Positions 54,083 through 64,000 of a stretch of 64,000 bases of DNA are shown piece after piece. Numbering within the stretch: position 1 is the stretch's first letter; every line of letters begins with the position of its first letter. The notes under the pieces were generated by a model that was not told the DNA's origin, made no database searches, and saw only the letters and a program-made list of their open reading frames with translations. The stretch covers positions 14,570,001 to 14,634,000 of the forward strand of contig OX597825.1 of NCBI GenBank assembly GCA_951406725.2, in the 5' to 3' direction. The stretch is from Octopus vulgaris (lineage: Eukaryota). Made by a program: the position numbers and the translations under genes.

Positions 54083-55942
54083 ATGACTGACTGGAATATT
54101 GATAGAATTTAAGCATGTCATATCACCTTACGGATGATTAATTCCCAGATGGTATGGTGAATTTAATGTCCAACCAAGAACAAACACACCCACGAACTTT
54201 ATCTGCAAATCCAAGGACTATGCTGAGGAATATATATACTAATAACATGTTGCATTACACTAAAACCATTCCATAGTTAATTTTACCTCCAAAATCTAGA
54301 TTATAACAAAGTGAAATTTTCAATGTGTTAGTACAAATAACGATATCACTTTACAGAGGATTAGAAACATTTCCTAGTCTGGTGATTCTATAGACTTCAA
54401 AACTATGTGTACATCGCCAACTGGTTCGTATAAACTGCCGATCGATCCAGTAGGTTTCCCAATGGAACCGCATGTTCAAAATCACGGTGATGACACGGGT
54501 TTTATCCTTTACACCAAAGAGTCCATTTCGAAAGAACGATATTCCTGAACCATCACGTAATCTCCCATTTAGCTAGGTTTAACTAGTGAGAACTGTCTTT
54601 GATTGTTCGCTGCAGAAGCATCATTTCAGTCACTTATATGCAATATGAACGAGGACGTGTAGCACTACACTTTTCTGAAACTTAGAATAGTAATTAAGCA
54701 GATAATTATGTACTTCTGAATATATTACATATGAATTTAGGAAAGTGGATCGACTTTTAGATAAAATATAACGATGTGTCATATCCATATATCGAAAGTA
54801 TTGCAAATGGAAACCTATTTCGGGTTACATTCCACTTCTAGCGTTTTTCTATTCACGCAATATATGAATTTATTTATTCTTAATCTATATTAATATCAAA
54901 CACAATTTAATCCTCTCGAAATTACGAATCTGGAAACATTTCCAGTAATAAAGATTTTATCTCGCTTTATTGATAACATGTTTGCGAAATTTTGCGTTAA
55001 TTAAAGTGTGTGAAATAAAAAACAAAAAACACCAAGAAATATTCATTAATGCCGATCAATAACAATAAACCACATTTGATATATGATACATTCACGTGGT
55101 TGTAAGATGGTAGAATCCGTAGAATGAAGGAGAAAACATCGTGTGGTTTGTGGACATGTCCTTTTAAATGCTGAATTCCTATCTTCCCGCTTAGATTTTG
55201 CCTTTCATCTACGCTTGATCAATAAAATAAGTAACAGTCGATAAAATAATATCGATTTGCAGTCCGTAGATAGAAGACTAGAGCGATAAATGTTTATCAG
55301 GTTTTACCTCTCCATTGTCTCACGAGATGAAAATGAAATATTTGATGCTGGCGTACTGAAACATGAAACAGATACAATGCATTTTGATATCCTTTCAGGA
55401 ATCGTGTAAGCAATCCGTGAAATATCATTTATTAAATACATCTGATATATAGAATTATTGCCGGAAGATCTGCTTTTTCATTAACAACATTACAAACCAC
55501 TAGAATAATTATTTAGAGTTCTCTTTTGCATGCCGCAAATGTTATTATATTACAACTACAGAAACCATAATAGATTTTCGACTTACGAGAAACAGTATCG
55601 AAATCGCATTCAAATAACCATCAATGTGTCTTAAAAGGAAAAGGATGCATTATAACGAGTAGCCATAGATGTATTATGCCTGCAAAAGGTAGGCTGATTT
55701 AAGGCTGAAACTTACTTGATCACAGAGTTTTTTTCTTGCTGACTCGTGCTAAAGCAACTTAAAAGTTTGAAAACAACTGAAGGGAAGAGCTTCTAGGTTG
55801 CTGCATATAATACTAAAGAACAACACATCAAAAGCATGAATCTACAATCCATATTTCTGGATGCGAAAAGAGGGTTGTTACTTCAGTATCTTTTGAACAG
55901 AGGATCGCTGGAATTAAACTAGATTTGGGTGAAGCATAAAAA

Positions 55943-56207
55943 CTGCGTGGCACCTTGGGCAAGTGTCTTCTACTATAGCCTCGGCCCAACCAATTTTTTG
56001 TCCGTGGATTTGGTAGACGGAAACTGAAAGAAGCCCGTCGTATATATGTATGTATATATATATATATATATATATATCTATATATATAAAAGCAATTAAG
56101 ATTCAAGTGTATGTATACTCTTTTACTCTTTTACTTGTTTCAGCCATCCGGCTGGGGCCATGCTGGGGCACTGCCCTTATATGTATATATGTGTATATGT
56201 ATATATG

Positions 56208-56275
<68 letters not shown>

Positions 56276-56526
56276 CAATTAAGATTCAAGTGAGTTCTGT
56301 TAAATCCACATGAATGAGGTAGTTAACTTAGATGCACCAGAAATCTATATGGTATTAACCATAAGATAATGCGTGGTGATTACAAACAAAGAAAAAGCAA
56401 CAAAAATGGATCAATATTTCGGTACAATTGTTTCGTACGAAGATCACCATTGCAGCCTTAATAAAGGTGGTCTTCGTACGAAACAATTGTACCGAAATAT
56501 TGATCCATTTTGTTCCTTTTTTCTTG

Positions 56527-56593
<67 letters not shown>

Positions 56594-56820
56594 GTATGTA
56601 TGCATGTAGGTATGTATGTATGTGTGTATATGTTTGTGTGTCTGTCTTTGTCCCCCCAACATCGTGTGTTTATGTCCACGTAACTTATCGGTTCAGTAAA
56701 AGAGACAGATAGAATAAGTACTAGGCTTGCAAAGAATATGTCCTGGGGTCGATTTCCTCGACTAAAGGTGGTTCTCCAGCATGGCTACAGTCAAATGACT
56801 GAAACAAGTAAAAGAGTAAG
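55943..56820 (+). mobile_element. Family A SINE split by nested insertions in its internal (TA)n
   Basis: 5' half at 55943-56040 and 3' half at 56635-56820. Confidence 0.7.
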
Positions 56821-57137
56821 TCACATTATTTTGTATATGATTTACACTGAAACCCTGCGGCGCTACCAAATATACGAATGCCACTCATAGACTAGTTAAT
56901 GCAGATTATTGGATGAGAGAGAAATAATTCGGAAGAATATGTTTATAGCATTAAAATGTCTAAACGGAACCCGATTTATCACAGTTAACAAGATTATCGA
57001 GACGAGACGAGACGAAGTTTTCTGATGGAATTTTTGTAGCGGATGTTATTGTAGTCTAAAGCATATGAACACAGATATGACTTAAGACCAAACCATAAAT
57101 CACTGTCTCTTTTTACAACATTTCAATAACTTACAAA

Positions 57138-57400
57138 GTGATGGTGCATGGCGTAGTGGTTAGGGCGTTGGACGCTTGATCGTAAGGTCTTCAGTTCGAT
57201 TCCCGACGGTGCATTTTGTCTTTAAGCAAAACATTTATTTCACGTTGCTCCATTTCACACAGGTGCCTAAAATGATTTGTGCCGGTAATTCAAAGGGCTA
57301 GGCCTGTCACATCCTGCATCAGCTGAATCCATTTAAGAGCTAAATTAAGAGCACGTGTCTGTGGTATGCTCAGCCACTCCCATGTAAATTTCATAAGCAA
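57138..57400 (+). mobile_element. Degenerate tRNA-derived SINE (family D head)
   Basis: GCATGGCGTAGTGGTTAGGGCGTTGGAC...GTTCGATTCCC. The tail is shared with 63915-64000. Confidence 0.7.
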
Positions 57401-57825
57401 GTTCTTCTTCAAGCAAGATATTATCACTAACATCTTTTCTACTCCATTATCTACAGAACATTATGATACTAGCTTCATCACAATTCTAACTCAACCCCCT
57501 CTCTGCAGGTTACACTTTTATTAAATTTTTTCATTAATTATGAATACAAACCAACAAAGTTAGACTAGAAATATTATTGAATATAGTCCGTGGATAAGAA
57601 CATAAATCAGGTTTCACTATTCTTAGGCGGCATTTAATTTTCAGATAGCACTGAAATTGTATTTGTCAATATGTACGAAACTATTTACGTTGGGCTCTGG
57701 AATGTTTAGGTTTTCAATATTAAAATCGAGTCTGAAAAATTGGATACCTGATCGAAATTTAAAGGTCGATTTCAATTATATATAAAGAATACAGTGGTTA
57801 TTAGGTTGTGATATATAAACATATA

Positions 57826-58239
57826 GGCGCAGGAGTGGCTGTGTGGCAAGTATCTTGTTTACCAACCACATGGTCCCGGCTTCAGTCCCACTGCGTGGCA
57901 CCTCGGGCAAGTGTCTTCTACTGTAGCCCCGGGCCGACCAAAGCCTTGTGAGTGGATTTGGTAGACGGAAACTGAAAGAAGCCTGTCGTATATATATATA
58001 TATATATATATATGCGTGTGTGTGTTTGTGTCTCTGTGTTTGTCCCCGTAGCATTGCTTGACAACCGATGCTTGTGTGTTTATGTCCCCGTTACTTAGCG
58101 GTTCGGCAAAAGAGACCGATAGAATAAGTACTGGGCTTACAAAAGAATAAGTTCCGGGGTCGAGTTGCTCGATTAAAGGCGGTGCTCCAGCATGGCCGCA
58201 GTCAAATGACTGAAACAAGTAAAAGAGAGTAAAAGAGAG

Positions 58240-58240
<1 letters not shown>
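57826..58240 (+). mobile_element. SINE family A, full length
   Basis: GGCGCAGGAGTGGCTGTGTGG...TTCAGTCCCACTGCGTGGCACCTCGGGCAAGTG...(TA)n(TG)n...GACTGAAACAAGTAAAAGAG. Confidence 0.9.
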
Positions 58241-58302
<62 letters not shown>

Positions 58303-58513
58303 CTGTTGATGTTATAAAATTCAATTTTCCTTTGATACAAAGGTTGCGTTTTCAGGACTTAGCTATACTGATCCACGCGCCTCTCATTACCATCCAAGCC
58401 ATACTGGAAAATGTGCTTTCTTATTGTCTCTAAACGAATCCAAGATCCAGGAATTTTTTTTCCTTGGGAATAAAGTCAACCAATCCGACGACGTAAGTCA
58501 TTATTGTGCTAAC

Positions 58514-58610
58514 CTTGTACACCATGTGTTTCAACCCAATATTGTTCGGGATCAGTTATCGAATGATCTAGCAGTACAAGACATGTGTGGGCTGTGCCTA
58601 ACTTCATTAT
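58514..58610 (-). pseudogene. Exon candidate of the VWDE-like relic
   Basis: aaatatag|ATA ... CAAG|gttagc, 97 nt, open as IMKLGTAHTCLVLLDHSITDPEQYWVETHGVQ. Confidence 0.4.
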
Positions 58611-59065
58611 CTATATTTAGATTGAAAATGAATAGATCCTATTTTGAGGAGTTAATTCCAGCTGATTTAAAGTGTATTTCTCTGTTTAATAGAGACGAGC
58701 GAAATACAAATTTCTCCCTTTACAACATTGTTGAAAAGGGAGAAAGTATTATATTTCGCGTGTAAACCATCCTAGACGTGGTGATAATGAATACACAAAC
58801 ATTCATTGTAGGTCGATATGTAGACAGTGCAAATAACGATTTTTTTTTATCAGTTGGCAGATATGAGCACTGATCAGCAAAATATTTATTCAGTGAACGT
58901 ATAATCAAAGCCGATGGTGGTCCAGAATGCCGTTCGCTTCTGAGAACACACTTTAGCCATACAAGGGAAATTTCTTGTCGAGAGCTATACACTGCAGCGC
59001 CTAACCTATCTTGCATATAAATCAGCGTAGACGTGTTGCGAATAAGCGTGCAAATATGCCTATAT

Positions 59066-59100
<35 letters not shown>

Positions 59101-59250
59101 CATATATATTCATATATATATTCATATATGTATATACATATATATTCATATTCATATATATTTATATATATCTATATACATATTCATATTCATATATATA
59201 TGTATATATATATATTCATATTCATATATATATGTATATACATATTCATA

Positions 59251-59294
<44 letters not shown>

Positions 59295-59415
59295 TATTCA
59301 TATATAAATATATATATAACCTCACTTGTTAATACAAATTCGGTGTGTGTCGCCTTCCATTACTTAATGAATATGAAAATAATGTAAATGTATGGTAGAT
59401 AACAAAAGGACATAC

Positions 59416-59555
59416 CGCATACTGAATGCAAAACGAACGGGTGACAAACAGAAGGTCCGTAATTCTTCATCAGTTATCGACCAATTGGTAATATTCAGCT
59501 TCGCACCTTTAACGATAAGACTGAGTGTTTGCCAACTCAAATATGTACCTTGCAT
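59416..59555 (-). pseudogene. Exon candidate of the VWDE-like relic
   Basis: gttgttgtacag|ATG ... CG|gtatgt, 140 nt, with only one open frame: MQGTYLSWQTLSLIVKGAKLNITNWSITDEELRTFCLSPVRFAFSMR. Confidence 0.55.
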
Positions 59556-60283
59556 CTGTACAACAACAACAGCAGCAACATTTTGGATATTAGCTTTTTC
59601 CAAGTATACCTTTGCTATTATAACAGTAATGTAAAAAGAAACAAAACACAGCTTTGTATGAGTTCTTTGAAAATACACCCTTGAATGCAGATAAATAATT
59701 CTACTCTTCGTCATATCGAACTAAATTAAAGCACATGTTGGTATTATGATGCTGATGCTATAAAGATGTGTTAAGATATGTACGTGACTATATTGTTTAT
59801 GAATTCGAAATCAATATTGGTGTATGTATTACGCTTAATAAGTGACTGTGCATATTGGTATGGTATCTTTGTTCATGTAAGTCAGTGTCCATTGTTCCTG
59901 ATTTATTTATCATTGTTACGAAAATAATTTCGCGGTGTCTTTATTGCTTGAGATAATGTTTTAAGAGAGATATATGTTTGTTATGGCTTTCACGGATTAT
60001 CGTTGAATTTTACCATCAAAGGAAATCTAGAACATATATTTAGCCCACTACAGATAAGAACTATTTTATGAAAAGATATATACAAACCACGAAATAAATA
60101 TCCGTAATTTTCGTTCGTAGAATACACACGTTTAAGTAATACCAATTTTTGGTGACGATACAAAATAATAATTTGCACTTTATATATGCACACTCTAAAA
60201 AAATCTGAAAAAGAAATAAAATAACACCGTTTTAAATATAGGGACCTTTTGCAACGAAAATAGGAACCTAAGTAGAAATTTAC

Positions 60284-60374
60284 CCAGTCGCTATATCTCC
60301 TGCTAGATTTATGAAGAAGGGTTGTAACTTTATGTGTGATTAATTCAACAACAATTCGGTTACATGTTATCTTC
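60284..60374 (-). pseudogene. Exon candidate of the VWDE-like relic
   Basis: gtatatag|G ... TGG|gtaaat, 91 nt, reading (R)KITCNRIVVELITHKVTTLLHKSSRRYSDW. The phase 0 end matches the next exon. Confidence 0.5.
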
Positions 60375-60928
60375 CTATATACAGTTGCGAATACAATAAC
60401 TAAAATACTGTAATGCTTCATATTTACATATTAGTTGTGTTAAGCCTGAACAATATAAAGAACTAAAGACACATACTGAAATCTGTTTAGTAGCCCATAA
60501 AATTTCATGTAGATAACATTGTTATAAATTACATAGAAGACTCTCTTTTATCTACTCAATAAATTGACAATTTTGAGATAAAGCGACAAACAGCGAACGG
60601 TATTCAGAGAGAATAACAGTGTAGAAAATACAATATATAAACGCAAATTATCTACATTCATGCAAATATATACTTTCATTTATACTTATTACCACTTTTC
60701 TGCTCGCTTTCATTCGAAATATTTTCAGGATGATTCCTTCATAAAACATTCATAAAAAAACGTAACTACTAGTTAACCCATATTGGAAACATAAATACAC
60801 ACACACACACACATACACACACACATACATACACACGCACACACAACACAGGTGCACACAGATACACTCACATACTTCTCTCCTTATACATATATATATG
60901 ATAGAGAAGAGCGACAGACACGATATAT

Positions 60929-61045
60929 CTGAAACTGAACAGACATTCGTGTTTAAAATCTAGGGGATGCATGCATGAAACTACTCCAGGCGCCAATATC
61001 ATGCCAGAAGCTGAAGTATATTTTGAATATGAATTGTCTGTGTTT
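60929..61045 (-). pseudogene. Exon candidate of the VWDE-like relic
   Basis: Acceptor ttttgcaatgttcttcag, then NTDNSYSKYTSASGMILAPGVVSCMHPLDFKHECLFSFR. The expected donor reads AG|atatat, which is non-canonical. Confidence 0.45.
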
Positions 61046-61446
61046 CTGAAGAACATTGCAAAACATAAACAAGTTATCCCTGCTGGCTACTTATATTGAT
61101 CAGAATTTTTTTATAAATTCAAAATAAGAATGATTCTACACCACTATAGAAAAAAGTTATACGTTTGATAGCAGTGAAGAAGCTATCAACTACATCAGTA
61201 AATATTTGCAAAAAATACTCAGTGCCGTATCTCGAGATACGGCACCGTTGCCAACAACTATTACAATGTTGGTTGTAGAATGGATTTACCTCAGTCATTC
61301 AAAATCCGAATGTAATTTCAAAATTGAAACGAATAAACACTGAGCGAGTCAGGCCACGGAAAGTAGTAATGGGGTGCAAATATGTCATAAGAGGGGAAAA
61401 TAACCTATTGACCGATGTAGATGCCAAAAGGCTTTTATATAATTGT

Positions 61447-61505
<59 letters not shown>

Positions 61506-62141
61506 GAAAGTTGCCGTTCGACCGACAACTTCCCTCAAAAAGTTTTATTCGCTTTTCCGTAAATCATCAGGAATTGGTTAAGTACAAACGTAGTATTATG
61601 CTTTTATCTATTAAAACATAACATCAAATTAACAATTATGATTTATTATAACCTTTTCAAGACGAAACAGCACCAACTCCTTGTCATGTTACAAAATTTA
61701 GCTGTCAAGATACTTACGCTAGAATTGATCGAAGCCGCACATTTGAGATGTTGTGCCAGCTCATTCCATTGCAAACATGTTACGACTTCTATCAAATAAT
61801 GGCATTACAATCCAAGTGCTACAAACAGTTCTAAATCTATTAAAAGATTTCTTCGAAAATACCAGAATATTATTGGAATTCAAGTGAAAGAAGGATGCCC
61901 TTCTCATAGTACGTTTTGTGTTGGAAACTAACAAAATGTGGCAGTATCTTGATACTAGAACAAAAAACCAAGAACGATGTCTGATGTCCAAGCATATGGA
62001 TGGAAAACATATGTCTGTTAGAATTACACCTGTTTTATATATTTCATTTAAATTTTGAATTGAAATATTATAACAACTAAAACACAAAGAAAGTATTTTT
62101 GTTATTTAAAAAAAAAACTGCAAGGAAAATTACACAAAATA

Positions 62142-62562
62142 GGCGCAGGAGTGGCTGTGTGGTAAGTAGCTTGCTACCCAACCACATGGTTCTGGGTTCA
62201 GTCCCACTGCGTGGCATCTTGGGCAAGTGACTTCTGCTATAGCCCCGGGCCGACCAATGCCTTGTGAATGGATTTGGTAGACAGAAACTGAAAGAAGCCT
62301 GTCGTATATATGTATATATATATATATATACGTGTGTGTGTTTGTATTTGTGTGTCTGTGTTTGTCCCCCTAGCATTGCTTGACAACCGATGCTGGTGTG
62401 TCTACGTCCCCGTCACTTAGCGGTTCGGCAAAAAGAGACAGGTAGAATAAGTACTGGGCTTACAAAGAATAAGTCCTGGGGTCGATTTGCTCGACTAAAG
62501 GCGGTGCTCCAGCATGGTCGCAGTCAAATGACTGAAACAAGTAAAAGAGTAAAGAGTAAAGA
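62142..62562 (+). mobile_element. SINE family A, full length
   Basis: Consensus match. Confidence 0.9.
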
Positions 62563-62814
62563 GAAAATCTTTAGAGCTTCTCTCATTATAGAAGTCAAGT
62601 AAAATCCACTTTAGATATTCATCTGTAGTGGAAAGAAAAACATACGTACACATAATTACATGTTAAAATAACTATAGGAGAACTTGCTATAAGTTATGTA
62701 ATTTAGTTTAATAAAAACGTGTGTATGTGTATCTATGTGTATGTGCAGAAGTGTATGTATGTGTATGCATATATGGAACTACGCATATGTTTCTATACAC
62801 ACATATATATACGC

Positions 62815-63185
<371 letters not shown>

Positions 63186-63720
63186 AGTGTATGCATGTAC
63201 ATATACATACATTCAGTAATATGCAGGCATGTTGGTATACATAAGTGTGTGTGTGTGTGTGTGTGTGTGTTTGTGTGTGCAGAATTGCATGCATACATAG
63301 CAATATATAAGTTAATCAATATCCAACGAGCTCAAATTTTTAAAATCTATTTCTTTTTAAATTTTTTGACTTTTACCATTTTCTTTTACTCTTCCACACT
63401 TTACCTTCATGATTCGCCAGGTGAATGTATATTTAACAACGCTTACCGTCTAGGTAAATATTTACAGAAAGACTATATTTAACTGAATATTTCACTGAAT
63501 ATGTTTCTGCAGCACCAACGGCTATAACTAAAATTACAGCAAATTTCAACATTATTACGTCATTACAAAAAATAATGTTTTAAGTGGGTATTATTTCTAA
63601 ACCAGACGTAATTGAAATTCAAATTAATGATACTGTCCACTGGAATTTGATTTAAACTTCGCAATGAACTCATTTCTTTCACTCTGATTTATTATTCCAT
63701 TTGAGTCATAATATTATTAG

Positions 63721-64000
63721 TGGAGGCGCAGTGGCCCAGTGCAGCGGACTCGCGGTCATAGGATCGCGGTTTCGATTCCCAGACCAGGCGTTGTGAGTGT
63801 TTATTGAGCAAAAACACCTAAAGCTCCACGATGCTCCGGCAGGGGATGGTGGTGATCCCTGCTGTACTCTTTCACCACAACTTTCTCTCCCTCTTACTTC
63901 CTCTTTCTGTTGTACCTGTATTTCAAAGGGCCGGCCTTGTCACTCTCTTGTGTCACGCTCAATATCCCCGAGAACTACGTTAAGGGTACACGTGTCTGTG
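63721..64000 (+). mobile_element. tRNA-derived SINE family C, running off the window end
   Basis: TGGAGGCGCAGTGGCCCAGTG...GGTTTCGATTCCCAGACC A and B boxes. Confidence 0.85.

Noticed and set aside
54400-54570. Possible Gypsy integrase C-terminus (GDYVMVQEYR...YTNQL)
   Set aside because: No other LTR element parts lie nearby, and the segment fits the VWDE-like CxIxxxC/NPCxxC module and its expected position better.
58424-58765. 113-aa plus-strand ORF of ordinary composition
   Set aside because: No recognisable motif, and it overlaps a better supported minus-strand exon candidate.
61820-61930. Plus-strand SIKRFLRKYQNIIGIQVKEGCP resembling a Tc1 N-terminus
   Set aside because: Too short, with no TIR or DDE region.

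Overview
Very AT-rich, microsatellite-dense eukaryotic DNA. The repeat repertoire strongly suggests a cephalopod (octopus) genome; this is inference from the repeat families, with no database search. Almost all ORFs in the supplied track are translations of (TA)n, (CA)n, (GATA)n or (AAT)n tracts. There are three real signals. (1) Dispersed, degenerate minus-strand exon remnants from about 62.0 kb down to about 2.5 kb. They repeatedly resemble the C-terminal module of von Willebrand factor D and EGF domain protein (VWDE) and carry Cys losses, stops and an RTE insertion, so they are probably a large tandem-module pseudogene. (2) An unusually rich set of type I hammerhead-ribozyme motifs from several short elements that abut (TA)n tracts and often occur as inverted pairs. 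These are probably Penelope-like element ends, and a GIY-YIG endonuclease relic is also present. (3) Many tRNA-derived SINEs of at least three families, plus RTE, R4/Dong, mariner/Tc1 and probable Helitron fragments. No intact protein-coding gene, rRNA, true tRNA or CRISPR array could be supported. Coordinates were counted by hand and may be off by a few bases.
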